Virus record (IMG/VR): IMGVR_UViG_2541047736_000006
DNA length: 29,571 nt
From: a virus
Taxonomy: Duplodnaviria; Heunggongvirae; Uroviricota; Caudoviricetes
Strand: one strand, 5' to 3'
Both the position numbers and the translations under genes were made by a program. The notes beneath the pieces are model-generated. The model saw nothing but the letters and a program-made list of their open reading frames with translations. It did no database searches and was not told the origin of the DNA. Numbering within the stretch: position 1 is the first letter of the stretch; each line of letters begins with the position of its first letter. Of the stretch, positions 1 to 9,071 are shown piece after piece.

Positions 1-1989
1 GAAGTCGGTGAACTTTGCCGGCAGAGCAACGCCGAAATATTTCAGCGCAGCCGCAAAGGCTTTATAGAGCAGGCCTGCCGGCGACCAGTTAATCAGCAAC
101 TTACCGGTTCCCGCGATACCGCCGTTAAAGGCTTCCTGAATGTCAGCCCAGCGCTGTTTAAACCAGCTACTGACTGCCCCCCAGTTGCGGTAGATAAGGT
201 AAGCTGCTGCCGCGACAGCTGTGATAACGAGACCGATGGGATTCATCATCAGCGCACGTCCAATCCAGAGAACAGCACGTCCGGCGAGCATAATTCCGCG
301 AACCAGCCCCCCGGAGAGCACGCCACTCAGTGTTCTGGCTCCTCTGGCGACGGCGCTAAATCCGGTCACCAGCCAGCGGAGCTTACCGCCTTGCCCCAGT
401 GCGAGCAACAGACGAAGCCAGTTGGTCCGAAGTAAAACAGCATTTTTCCAGACACTTACAAAGGGGGAAATAAGAAGATTCAGCCCCAGTTTGAGACCAA
501 CAGTCGCTATCTTAATCGCAAGGAGCGCACTGATGAGCTTAAAAGCCCCACTGACAAATTGCGGGTGAGTCGCTACCCAGTGTTTTGTCCCCTGAATGAG
601 TGGGAGCAGTTCCTGAGTCAGAGAAATAAAAGATGGAGCTAATTGATCGCCCAGCGTAATTGCCAGATCGCGACTGCTGACCATAAGTGCTTTAGTGGCT
701 TCAAGGGGAGATTTCAGCCGCTGATCATAAGCACTGGCAAGCAAATCGTTATCCGCAGCCCTGAGAGCACCGGCGCGGATCTCGCGATATCTGTCCATGT
801 TGGCCAGCATCGGGCGGATAAATGCCATGACCTGCATATCCGCGAACATATCACCCAGACCAAAGTTTTTCGCCAGAGCCTGAAGTGCCTCATCTCTTGC
901 CGTATCATTCTTTATTTTCATGGCGGATTTGAAGCCGGCCAGCGCTTCGGGGCTTTTGGCATTGAGGTAACGTTCTATAACACTCAACATCCCTTCAATC
1001 GGAGAGATCCCCGCAGCTTTATAACTCGCAATAGATCCCTGCAAATCAATACCCAGATCAGCAAACTGTTTCTGAGTATCGCGGGCAAAAATTTTGGTAA
1101 GAAAGTTTTTAAAATTATTGGCTGCTTCGTCGGTGGAACCTGCACCGATTTTTGCTATCTGGAGACTGGCCCCGATTTCAGCAACAGCCTCTTTTCCACT
1201 GGCAATACCCGCCATCATTGGGGCCAGGGACTGCATCCACTTGACCTGATCCGGGATTTCAAATGACCCCTGGTCACCGGCATAAGCCATAATATTCTGA
1301 ACGGCACCAAAATCTCTGGCCGCACCTTTCAGGGAGTTTTGCCAGACTGCGGCCACTTTTGCCCAGTCCTGAGCAGACGTGCGTGTTGCCGTTGCCGCGC
1401 GGGCAATATCCGGCATCAGAAAACCGATATCTGACACATTATCAATATTGTCGCTGATGAGTGAACCCACCGCCTCCTGCAGCTCATCCTGATACTGATT
1501 GTATTTAAGCGCCCAGCCTTTTATCTGTCCGGCAAGTGCATCCCGCGTTTTATTGTCATATTTTGCGGTGATCGACATATCAATCATTTTGTCCTGAAAA
1601 GACATGGACTGCTGAACGGCAGGGGAAACCGTATGATAAACAGTCTGTGCCATGCCATACGCTTCAATCCCCTGACCATACAGCGCCATGCGGTTAGCTT
1701 TCAGCGCATCACTGGTAGCGGATGCCGCTGACAGACGGCGCTGCTGGCGCTCAATTTGCTCCATGGTGCGGCTTACCCGCAGCAGCTCGCTGTTGAGATG
1801 CTGCATCCGGGAAGAACCCAGTTGACCATAACGTTCTGTTGCACGGGTTAAAGCGTTCTGACGTTCCTGCAGGCGGCGTGAGGTATCGCTCAGGGAATCA
1901 AGCGCACGGCGGGTACCGCTCATTGCAGAACGGAATGTGCTGCCAATCATCCCGCCGATAACAACGCCGACTGAAAACTGTCCCGACAT
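1..1989 (-). CDS. Tail tape measure protein (3' end runs off the window)
   Basis: Minus-strand ATG at 1989..1987 preceded by GGAGG. Manual translation begins MSGQFSVGVVIGGMIGSTFRSAMSGTRRALDSLSDTSRRLQERQNALTRATERYGQLGSS, and the frame stays open to position 1. Position directly downstream of the frameshifted chaperone pair is the canonical tape-measure location. Confidence 0.75.
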   Translation of the reverse strand, partial: MSGQFSVGVVIGGMIGSTFRSAMSGTRRALDSLSDTSRRLQERQNALTRATERYGQLGSSRMQHLNSELLRVSRTMEQIERQQRRLSAASATSDALKANRMALYGQGIEAYGMAQTVYHTVSPAVQQSMSFQDKMIDMSITAKYDNKTRDALAGQIKGWALKYNQYQDELQEAVGSLISDNIDNVSDIGFLMPDIARAATATRTSAQDWAKVAAVWQNSLKGAARDFGAVQNIMAYAGDQGSFEIPDQVKWMQSLAPMMAGIASGKEAVAEIGASLQIAKIGAGSTDEAANNFKNFLTKIFARDTQKQFADLGIDLQGSIASYKAAGISPIEGMLSVIERYLNAKSPEALAGFKSAMKIKNDTARDEALQALAKNFGLGDMFADMQVMAFIRPMLANMDRYREIRAGALRAADNDLLASAYDQRLKSPLEATKALMVSSRDLAITLGDQLAPSFISLTQELLPLIQGTKHWVATHPQFVSGAFKLISALLAIKIATVGLKLGLNLLISPFVSVWKNAVLLRTNWLRLLLALGQGGKLRWLVTGFSAVARGARTLSGVLSGGLVRGIMLAGRAVLWIGRALMMNPIGLVITAVAAAAYLIYRNWGAVSSWFKQRWADIQEAFNGGIAGTGKLLINWSPAGLLYKAFAAALKYFGVALPAKFTDF

Positions 1990-2064
1990 AGTGGTTAACC
2001 TCCGGGGAAGGTGAAAAGACGTGAGGGGATAACGCAGAACAGCCGCTACTGGCGGCTGTCTGTA

Positions 2065-2322
2065 TTATGATTTGTCGCCGTACTCGCTTTTTATTTGCTC
2101 TTCAGCCTGCTCCAGCCACATCTCCAGATCGTCAGTATCGAGGGCATCAATCTCCCCCGGCTGAAACCGGAACCATCTCGCCAGCAGCCCCTGCGCCTGC
2201 GTCAGCGCCTTTGTCGCTCTCACCCATCCCCGTGATGAGCTGAAATCGTTTCTGTAACTGCAGGTAATCAGCCAGATCCATATTGTCGAGATCTTCCGGG
2301 AGAAGACCAGTACTGCGGGCAA
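2065..2322 (-). CDS. Frameshift extension of the tail assembly chaperone (alternate frame)
   Basis: 85-aa overlapping ORF whose C-terminal part (FQPGEIDALDTDDLEMWLEQAEEQIKSEYGDKS) reads like real protein. The extension frame is +1 (equivalently -2) relative to the upstream frame, worked out from codon phases on the minus strand. Confidence 0.45.
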   Translation of the reverse strand: MPAVLVFSRKISTIWIWLITCSYRNDFSSSRGWVRATKALTQAQGLLARWFRFQPGEIDALDTDDLEMWLEQAEEQIKSEYGDKS

Positions 2323-2482
2323 TCAGCGGTTCGTCCCAGTCTGCCGGGTTTTTGCTGATTTTGCGCACCTGCTTCAGGTCTTTTACCGTCAGGCGTTTCA
2401 GTTCAACCTGCTCAATTCTGGTGCCTGCAGCAGTGGTGAAGGGATAAGACAATTTAAAAGTATCGGATGGGGTCTGTGACAT
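2147..2482 (-). CDS. Tail assembly chaperone (upstream frame of a frameshift pair)
   Basis: 111-aa ORF immediately upstream of the tape measure gene; AGGAG 7 nt before the ATG at 2482. Overlapped by a second ORF in another frame. Confidence 0.6.
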   Translation of the reverse strand: MSQTPSDTFKLSYPFTTAAGTRIEQVELKRLTVKDLKQVRKISKNPADWDEPLIARSTGLLPEDLDNMDLADYLQLQKRFQLITGMGESDKGADAGAGAAGEMVPVSAGGD

Positions 2483-2532
2483 GATTGTGCTCCTGTGTAA
2501 GTTCAGGGCAGTATGTCGGGAGAAGCGCGTGA

Positions 2533-2573
2533 CGGATATTAAAGGAGATTAAGAAGAAGGGGCCGGAGCCCCT
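2533..2573 (-). terminator. Candidate intrinsic terminator or attenuator (minus strand)
   Basis: On the minus strand: AGGGGC-UCCG-GCCCCU (6-bp GC stem, plus coordinates 2558..2573) followed by a U-rich run UCUUCUUAAUCUCCUUUAAUAU (2557..2533). Lies just after the 93-aa ORF stop and before the chaperone RBS. Confidence 0.5.
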
Positions 2574-2579
2574 GTGATG

Positions 2580-2861
2580 TCAGCAAGTGCGAAACCCCTT
2601 GCAGTTACGCAGGAAAGCGATGAGAAGCGTCTTTCCCTCAGATTTGCCGGTGCCGGAGAACCAGTGGTCGGGAGGCTCCCATGCTTCAATCAAATCCGCC
2701 AGTTTGCGGGCCTTTGAACGTGTGCAGTCAATCGGGTCATTGGTTTTACGGGTATTAAAAAGGGTTTCCACCCCCGGAATATCAAGGAGGGTAAACCACG
2801 TACCATTTGACATGCCCAGTGCCGCACATCGTCTTCCTTTATCCGTCAGTTCAACACTCAT
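2580..2861 (-). CDS. Hypothetical late protein (93 aa) between tube and chaperone
   Basis: ATG at 2861 sits two nucleotides after the tube stop codon (TGA-CG-ATG), with a G-rich stretch upstream. No recognisable motif. Confidence 0.5.
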   Translation of the reverse strand: MSVELTDKGRRCAALGMSNGTWFTLLDIPGVETLFNTRKTNDPIDCTRSKARKLADLIEAWEPPDHWFSGTGKSEGKTLLIAFLRNCKGFRTC

Positions 2862-2863
2862 CG

Positions 2864-3385
2864 TCAGCCCCCGATATTGATACGGTAGTCAGTCAGTTGA
2901 TCAACACCGCCGACCCGGAAGATGTTGGCCAGATAGTCCAGTTGCAGCAGCTCTTCACCATCCAGTACCTGTCTGATATACGTGCAGGTGAAGCTACTGG
3001 AGAACTCGGCGTTCTCGTGCTGTTTGAACGTCCCCAGCGGGTTCTTCTTGAACATAATCGTCAGGAAGGTGACCAGCGGGATTTCGTCAATCAGCCCCTG
3101 CGAGCTGTAGCGCTGGACGCTGGAACGACACTGCAGTGCCAGCGACCTGTACGGGTTCGCGGCAGACAGCATCGCATCGCGGTAAAAGCTGTTCCATTTG
3201 ATTTCGCCTTCCAGTTTGTCAAAACCAGCCGGGAGTTCCACCTTACCCACCATCCCCAGCGCCTTGTGTTCCTGCATAATCATGGAGACATCGGGGAGTT
3301 TAACTTCCTCAGCCCGTCCCAGCAGGTTAGTACCATCCAGATAGATGTTGGCATTCGTGATGCGGTTTATCTCAATCTTTGACAT
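2864..3385 (-). CDS. Contractile tail tube protein
   Basis: 173-aa ORF directly downstream of the sheath gene (ATG at 3385 follows the sheath stop); size and position match a myovirus tube protein. Confidence 0.75.
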   Translation of the reverse strand: MSKIEINRITNANIYLDGTNLLGRAEEVKLPDVSMIMQEHKALGMVGKVELPAGFDKLEGEIKWNSFYRDAMLSAANPYRSLALQCRSSVQRYSSQGLIDEIPLVTFLTIMFKKNPLGTFKQHENAEFSSSFTCTYIRQVLDGEELLQLDYLANIFRVGGVDQLTDYRINIGG

Positions 3386-4812
3386 CAGTTGCCCCCTTTC
3401 AGGGTTAACAGGTATTCCGAGGTGATCTCAGTCTCAAACGTCAGTCGCTCCAGCGGCGGTGGTGGCGTATATTTGTAGCTCAGCAACAGGTGCCCGGCGG
3501 CCAGCTCCGTCTCCGGATTGCGGGCCGGATCAAACCAGCAACGGAAGCCCAGTACCGCACCATCACCAGTCATTTTGCGACCGTAGGCGTTGACCGACTC
3601 CGTCAGTGCATCAATCAGCGCCTGAGTAATCGGCATGTCGATGTACTGCTGGCTGAAATAACGAATGGACTCGTTGATCACATCACCGGTGCGGCGAACG
3701 TTCTCAAAGTTACGCATATGGGTGACCGTTGGCCATGCTGCCGTCCGGTTACCCCACAGACGAAGGCCGCTGCCGTAACTGCTGAATACCGTGGTGATCC
3801 CCTGTTCGTTAAGCAGGTTTACCTCACTCTGCGGGTCATCAATCATCGCGGACAGCTGGCGCTCCACGCCGGTGATCCCCAGAATCTCCTGATTGGAGGA
3901 TGACCACCAGTAGCCCTTGTCCAGATCGACTCTGGCACGCAGACCTGCTGCACGCTGGCTGAGCGGCTCCAGACGCTCTGTGTTTGTCACCGGGTCATAT
4001 ACCTTCACATGCGGATAGCACAGACGGACGCGGTCGGAGCTGGTATTGAAGTTGATGGTGCCTTCCGGGCCACGACCTGCCAGAGCCTGTGCAAAGGTGG
4101 TACCGACAGGCGCATCAATGTAGGTTACCGCGCCCAGCTTCTCTGCCATGGCGATAAGCTCAACTGCGACACTCTTCTGGGTGCAGAACACCGGCGCAAT
4201 CAGAATTTTGGCGAAATAGCCGTACAGGTTGAAGCTGTCGTTAAGCAGCTTCATGCCGGTTCGGTTTCCGGCGCTGTTCACCCCGCCGATGATGTCCGCC
4301 GCAGTCACCTTCGACGGGTCCGCGTACTCATAGCTCACCTTCACGCTGCCACCGGCCTCAATAGCCTTGCCCAGGTTCGTGAGCACACCCGCCTGCGCAT
4401 CAACACGGTAGTCCGTGTTCGCCGTGTGGGTGGTGCTGCCTTCACTGTTTTTCACCACCACATTAGCGACAACCGGATGCGCCAGTCTGGCCTGCCCTGT
4501 CGATTTGTCAAAGGTAACCACCTCATCCTCGATCGCCGTTTTATGTTTCGCCGGGTCGAGGACGTTAATGACCAGAACGGTGCCTGCACCATGGTCATAA
4601 ATCGCATCCAGCGCCTGCGGAATGGTAAAGCCGGTGAACTGGCTGCCAAATGCCGCTGCGTCTTTCTCAGACAGGCACTGTACCAGCGTATTGACATCCC
4701 CCATCGGGGCGGTACCAATCAGGCCAATAACGGCAGATTTCACCGTTTTAACCGGGCGGGCTCCGTTTTCCACCTCAATGGTTTCGGGACCATGCAGATA
4801 GTTAGCTGCCAT
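3385..4812 (-). CDS. Contractile tail sheath protein
   Basis: 475-aa ORF; size, position and sequence character (MAANYLHGPETIEVENGARPV... and LRLWGNRTA) are consistent with the Mu L-type sheath family. Confidence 0.8.
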   Translation of the reverse strand: MAANYLHGPETIEVENGARPVKTVKSAVIGLIGTAPMGDVNTLVQCLSEKDAAAFGSQFTGFTIPQALDAIYDHGAGTVLVINVLDPAKHKTAIEDEVVTFDKSTGQARLAHPVVANVVVKNSEGSTTHTANTDYRVDAQAGVLTNLGKAIEAGGSVKVSYEYADPSKVTAADIIGGVNSAGNRTGMKLLNDSFNLYGYFAKILIAPVFCTQKSVAVELIAMAEKLGAVTYIDAPVGTTFAQALAGRGPEGTINFNTSSDRVRLCYPHVKVYDPVTNTERLEPLSQRAAGLRARVDLDKGYWWSSSNQEILGITGVERQLSAMIDDPQSEVNLLNEQGITTVFSSYGSGLRLWGNRTAAWPTVTHMRNFENVRRTGDVINESIRYFSQQYIDMPITQALIDALTESVNAYGRKMTGDGAVLGFRCWFDPARNPETELAAGHLLLSYKYTPPPPLERLTFETEITSEYLLTLKGGN

Positions 4813-5056
4813 GGGCGTCCTCCGTTTTCACTTCGCTGTCACTGCTGCTTCTGCGCTTTGGTGACTGCACAGCCGGTGTGACGGCGGGTTTAGTATCTTC
4901 TGGTACCGGCGTCAGATGCTTCAGCGCCACCAGTACCTTCACGTAGTCATGCTCCTCCGGCAGGGAAACCGCCTTCCCCGGCCAGAGCAGGATTTCGGTT
5001 CCGTCCGACAGCGTGACGCCGCTGGCCGGGCCGGAATAGCGGTATGCTTTCATCAC
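4802..5056 (-). CDS. Small hypothetical virion-module protein (84 aa)
   Basis: ORF packed between the gp37-like gene and the sheath gene, overlapping both by a few nucleotides (translational coupling). Confidence 0.45.
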   Translation of the reverse strand: MMKAYRYSGPASGVTLSDGTEILLWPGKAVSLPEEHDYVKVLVALKHLTPVPEDTKPAVTPAVQSPKRRSSSDSEVKTEDAHGS

Positions 5057-5517
5057 TCGCTTTCCTCATAGTTCACTTCGGTTAACAGCGGGCCGGACGG
5101 TAAATCGCTGTCTTCGATAAAGATGCTTTCAGTCGCGAAGTCGAGGGCGTATTGCCACAGCCCCCTGACTTCACCGATAAACACCTCGCGGGTCAGCCAG
5201 ATACGGCGGCGGCAGCCGGGCGGGGTGTGGCCACCGAGAATGCGGCGGACAGCATCCAGGACATTAATCGCCCCTTTTTTACCGTTGAGCTGGCGGAAGA
5301 CCACCGTGACGCAGAGCTGGATAGTCTGAGACTGGATCACCGCACCGGTATCATCCGGCCTGTCAAAGCGCGAACCGGCATAGCTCAGCAGCAACGCGCC
5401 AACCGGATGGTTCAGGCGATATTCAGCCGGTTTCTCCGGGAAGTACTCCACCTGCAGTTGCGGCAGCTTCTCGCGTAACCGGGCCAGTACCGCATCAAGG
5501 ACGGGCAGAACGTTCAT
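5053..5517 (-). CDS. Mu gp37-like virion protein (neck or tail completion candidate)
   Basis: 154-aa ORF, gene-to-gene overlap with neighbours, position between head and sheath genes as in Mu-like phages. Confidence 0.55.
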   Translation of the reverse strand: MNVLPVLDAVLARLREKLPQLQVEYFPEKPAEYRLNHPVGALLLSYAGSRFDRPDDTGAVIQSQTIQLCVTVVFRQLNGKKGAINVLDAVRRILGGHTPPGCRRRIWLTREVFIGEVRGLWQYALDFATESIFIEDSDLPSGPLLTEVNYEESE

Positions 5518-5963
5518 CAGTATTTCTCCAGTAAACCGTCACGACCGCCGAAAGTGGCCGGGCGACTGCGTACACGAAACTCGCCAGGCTCAGGCACATC
5601 TTTCTGAGTGGACGGCAGCCCCAGCGTGAGCCTGTTATCACGTAACTCCCTGAGTTGCCGCAGCGCTTCTTTGTGGTCATCCTTCACCGTATCCGGGAGG
5701 TCACCTTCCGGGCGGCGGGCGTAGAGCCGGTATCGGACCAGCGTGATGGCAATGTCCCGCAGAACAGTCGGTATCTCTGCCAGTGGCAGGATATAGCGTC
5801 CGCGCAGATGGGCATCAATCAGCTCGTCGGCATAGCGGATACAGCTGTCCACCACACGGGTATTCACTGTTGCAGGCGAGTCGAAGTCCATCTCTTCACT
5901 GGTGAGCTCGATAAGCGTCCGCTCCGGCACCTGCGCAAGCAAATCCTCCAGGGTGCAGTACAT
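5517..5963 (-). CDS. Mu gp36-like head-tail joining protein
   Basis: Start reassigned to the internal ATG at 5963..5961 (MYCTLEDLLAQVPERTLIEL...), which sits two nucleotides after the upstream gene's stop (TGA-C-ATG). The longer 202-aa form in the track would overlap the upstream gene. Confidence 0.55.
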   Translation of the reverse strand: MYCTLEDLLAQVPERTLIELTSEEMDFDSPATVNTRVVDSCIRYADELIDAHLRGRYILPLAEIPTVLRDIAITLVRYRLYARRPEGDLPDTVKDDHKEALRQLRELRDNRLTLGLPSTQKDVPEPGEFRVRSRPATFGGRDGLLEKY

Positions 5964-5964
5964 G

Positions 5965-6303
5965 TCACACCCCGCGCAGGATACGAATGACGTCGCCTTC
6001 ACCCCCGGCTTCATCAAGTGCAATACCACAGGATTTACCGTCGCCGGACTGCGGCACGGCTCTGGCCTGAGCATCTGACTGAACAGCCACACCACGGCTG
6101 ACAGCGGCCCCGGCCTCGACAGCAATAATGCCCAGAACGCTCACCGGCGTGCTGTCGCCGGTAACAGCATCCACTTCGGCAACCCCGAGCGCTGCGGCAC
6201 CGGCTTTACAGGGGGTATTATCTGCCCCGACAAAACGCTGCTGTGCCAGTGCTGCCCCTGCCGTTACGGTTGTGATCAGAATGACCTGCTGAGTGGTTCC
6301 CAT
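5965..6303 (-). CDS. Small Ala/Gly/Val-rich head protein (decoration or head-completion candidate)
   Basis: 112-aa ORF immediately downstream of the major capsid gene; low-complexity A/G/V-rich composition. Confidence 0.5.
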   Translation of the reverse strand: MGTTQQVILITTVTAGAALAQQRFVGADNTPCKAGAAALGVAEVDAVTGDSTPVSVLGIIAVEAGAAVSRGVAVQSDAQARAVPQSGDGKSCGIALDEAGGEGDVIRILRGV

Positions 6304-6312
6304 AACGCCTCC

Positions 6313-7266
6313 TTATTTACTGATACCGGTAATGAGATACCCGGCATCGCCACCAACCACGGCGACTTTGTAGATATCGGTATAACGGCAGTACTTCACC
6401 TTGCCACCGGCTCCGTCGTATTTGTCGGCAACAGGCATCCCCTTACGACGCAGGGTGTAGCCGAAGGACGGCTCGTTCTCGTCCGCGCTGTCCGCCCCCG
6501 GCTGCGGTTTGCCGACATAGTGCAGCATCAGATTGTCTCCCCAGATATCCGCCGGCACGCTGTTCTTATCCATTGCCGCTTTCATGGACGGCAGGGAGAC
6601 TGGGGCACCGATGACGATCTCTTCGATCTGAAAGAGGTCCTGCAGGATTTCTGTGGTGATGCGCTTGCGTTCGTTGGCTCCGATGGCGGCCTGAATCGCC
6701 GGGTGGAACTTCAGCAGCGCCATCACGCCGGCCCCCATGGTCATCAGGTTAGGACGCAGCCCCGTGGCCGTACGGACCGCTTCCATACCGGCTTCAATCA
6801 CCCCGATGGGGTCCCCCTTACCACCGGCCCAGCGATCACTGGCTGTCAGTTTTTTGACGTGCCCGGTACGGTAGACCTTTTCATCCTGAGCCAGACGGGC
6901 AGCGATAAGTTCACGGCGCAGGTTCACGCCATTCGTGGCGCGACGGATGGCCTTGCTCTCTTCGTTAAACATGGACTCCGCCTGCTCGCGATAGTCCACC
7001 GGCGCAGCCAGATCGTGTTCACCCAGCACCAGGTCCAGCGTGCCTGTTTTTTCACGAACCAGAACATTGCTGTCCGCCCCGACGGCACGCTCGGTGTCAT
7101 ATTCCACAAAGGCGGTTTTCCCGAAGGTCGGTACACGCACGCCTTCCTTGTCCGTCAGCACGACGGGGAAAATACGTTCGCCGATGAATGCGGCATTTTT
7201 ATAGCCACGGACGATACTGGTCAGTACCGGATCAACGACACGTTTACCTTTTAAGTAATCAGACAT
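6313..7266 (-). CDS. Major capsid protein (Mu T-like)
   Basis: 317-aa ORF directly downstream of the protease/scaffold gene; size and position match the Mu major head subunit. Confidence 0.8.
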   Translation of the reverse strand: MSDYLKGKRVVDPVLTSIVRGYKNAAFIGERIFPVVLTDKEGVRVPTFGKTAFVEYDTERAVGADSNVLVREKTGTLDLVLGEHDLAAPVDYREQAESMFNEESKAIRRATNGVNLRRELIAARLAQDEKVYRTGHVKKLTASDRWAGGKGDPIGVIEAGMEAVRTATGLRPNLMTMGAGVMALLKFHPAIQAAIGANERKRITTEILQDLFQIEEIVIGAPVSLPSMKAAMDKNSVPADIWGDNLMLHYVGKPQPGADSADENEPSFGYTLRRKGMPVADKYDGAGGKVKYCRYTDIYKVAVVGGDAGYLITGISK

Positions 7267-7280
7267 GCTCTCTCCTTAAA

Positions 7281-8396
7281 TTACAGGCAGCGTGCGACAG
7301 CAGCCTCATAGCTGATGCCTTCTTTTTTGGACAGGGCCACTGCTTTCTGATGCAGGGCCAGACGCTCAGGATCGGCTTCCGCAAACTCTGCCACATCCAC
7401 CTTCACCGTGTCGCCGACACGCTCTTTTGTGGCCTGTTCGGCGAAATTCATCACCGGCTCCCCGTCGGAGAGCAATGAACGAAAGGCGGTGGCCAGCGGT
7501 GTGCGGCTTTCCCCCTCAGCAAACTCCACCGGCTTGTCGCCACCGGCGACGGCATCCAGCAGGGCAACCACCACGGAGGAGGCGCGGGGAGCCAGACGGC
7601 CCTCTGCGACCAGTTTTTCTGCAAAGGCCACATTGTCCTTATGCAGTTGCTCCTGTCTGACCTGTGCATCACGCGCATCGCGATCAGCAGCCTGCTGCTT
7701 CAGGCGGCGGTTCTCCTCCTGAAGGGCTTCAATCTCTTCTTTTGTCATCGATGATTCCTCGTTACTTGCGGAAGACGGCACCTGGCCTGTCTCACTGAAT
7801 TGCGCACCTGCTGCATCCTGCGACGGTGTGTCGCGGTACGCCTCTTCGCGCAGATTGTTGAGCTGCCATTCCGGCAGGACTTTTTCTGCTTCGTCCAGAC
7901 TGAAGCGGGCGATCAGAAAATCGCGCAGCTTTCCCCACAGGGAGGCATTCGTGATGGCCTGCCAGTCGGCGAACTCCACCACACCTTCTTCCTGCTCACT
8001 GAAGGACACCTGTTTCAGCCCCTTGACGGAAGGTGGCTGTGCCCCGAGAAAGCCCACATGGCGCAGGTAGAGCACGCCGGGCTTCGGATTGGACGGTGAA
8101 TCCGGGAGGTAGAAAGAGGCGGACACTTTTTTGAATCGTCCGTCGGTGACCATCTCAGCAAACTGCGGGTCCAGCTGGGCAGGCTCTGCCATCAGATCGA
8201 CGCCGCTGAGCGACAGGGCTTTCACCCAGCCCCACGCCGGGTCTTCCGTTCTGGGATGACCAATCACGAGTGGTGCTTCATGGACGGACGGGTCATAGGC
8301 TTTCACGCAGGCGGCAAGATCGTCTGGCGTGAACGGCAGTTTTTTGCCGTGCATATCGGTATGAGTACCGGCTTTAAAAATGTGAATGGCTGACAT
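7281..8396 (-). CDS. Head maturation protease / scaffold protein (Mu I-like)
   Basis: 371-aa ORF with an N-terminal protease-like region and a charged, coiled-coil-like C-terminal half (EEIEALQEENRRLKQQAADRDARDAQVRQEQL), directly upstream of the capsid gene. Confidence 0.75.
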   Translation of the reverse strand: MSAIHIFKAGTHTDMHGKKLPFTPDDLAACVKAYDPSVHEAPLVIGHPRTEDPAWGWVKALSLSGVDLMAEPAQLDPQFAEMVTDGRFKKVSASFYLPDSPSNPKPGVLYLRHVGFLGAQPPSVKGLKQVSFSEQEEGVVEFADWQAITNASLWGKLRDFLIARFSLDEAEKVLPEWQLNNLREEAYRDTPSQDAAGAQFSETGQVPSSASNEESSMTKEEIEALQEENRRLKQQAADRDARDAQVRQEQLHKDNVAFAEKLVAEGRLAPRASSVVVALLDAVAGGDKPVEFAEGESRTPLATAFRSLLSDGEPVMNFAEQATKERVGDTVKVDVAEFAEADPERLALHQKAVALSKKEGISYEAAVARCL

Positions 8397-8610
8397 TTTG
8401 CTGTCCCGCGTTATGTTGTCGGAGACAGTTTGTGAGAAATGCAGGCCCGGCGATTTTAATCTGCTTTAGAAAACATCAGGGGAGAAGGACAGGGAAAGCA
8501 ATACGGTGAACCGGAGGCGGTTATAAAACAGAGGCTGTAAAGCCTTTATAAAGGTAATACAGCCCCTCATTCGCTGGCAATGATAAATCACCCGCCTGAA
8601 GAGAGAAAAC

Positions 8611-9069
8611 TCAGCGACGGGCCGCTGATTCAAGATGGCGGACAATGGTATCGAGGATGGGGATTACCACTTCAGGCTGTAGTTCTCCATCCCCCGTCAC
8701 CGGCAGGAACGGGCGAGCCGGAAGTTCAACAGACTCATTACGCCCCGTTTTACCCCCGAACTGGTGAATGGCACCGTAAACAACGTTGGTCCCCACAACA
8801 GCCTGCCGGTCGTCATGGTCGGTTGATACTGACCCCATCAGACGCCCGGTATCCTGCAGTGTCTGCCCGTCACGCTCTTCCGCTGCCAGCGAGGGCATCC
8901 ACCCCGGACGCCCCTCATCAAGAAAGTTAAACTGTGTTTCCGCCAGCAGGGTTCCGGCAATTTTGCGCATCGCGGGCTCCAGGTCTGTGGCAGCAAGATC
9001 CAGCGCACGGAGGCTCCGGCGCAGGGATTTATCGTTAATGGTGATACTGACCAGGTTATCGGAAGCCAT
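8611..9069 (-). CDS. Virion morphogenesis protein (Mu G-like)
   Basis: 152-aa ORF following the F-like gene; position and size match Mu gpG. Confidence 0.65.
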   Translation of the reverse strand: MASDNLVSITINDKSLRRSLRALDLAATDLEPAMRKIAGTLLAETQFNFLDEGRPGWMPSLAAEERDGQTLQDTGRLMGSVSTDHDDRQAVVGTNVVYGAIHQFGGKTGRNESVELPARPFLPVTGDGELQPEVVIPILDTIVRHLESAARR

Positions 9070-9071
9070 TG

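Noticed and set aside
643-1266. Plus-strand ORFs (221..568, 643..1266) inside the tape measure region
   Set aside because: They lie antisense to a long, signal-supported minus-strand gene (ATG 1989 with GGAGG); they are shadow ORFs of GC-rich coding DNA.
4009-4881. Long antisense ORFs opposite well-supported genes (e.g. 4009..4881 +, 6520..7254 +, 11979..12938 +, 21651..22436 -, 23773..24525 -, 26255..26989 -)
   Set aside because: Each is fully contained in, and antisense to, a gene with clear functional identity and tight translational coupling to its neighbours. No RBS or independent support.
5517-6125. 202-aa extended form of the gp36-like ORF
   Set aside because: The extension would overlap the whole 3' half of the upstream gene in another frame; the internal ATG at 5963 abuts the upstream stop and gives a typical-sized product.
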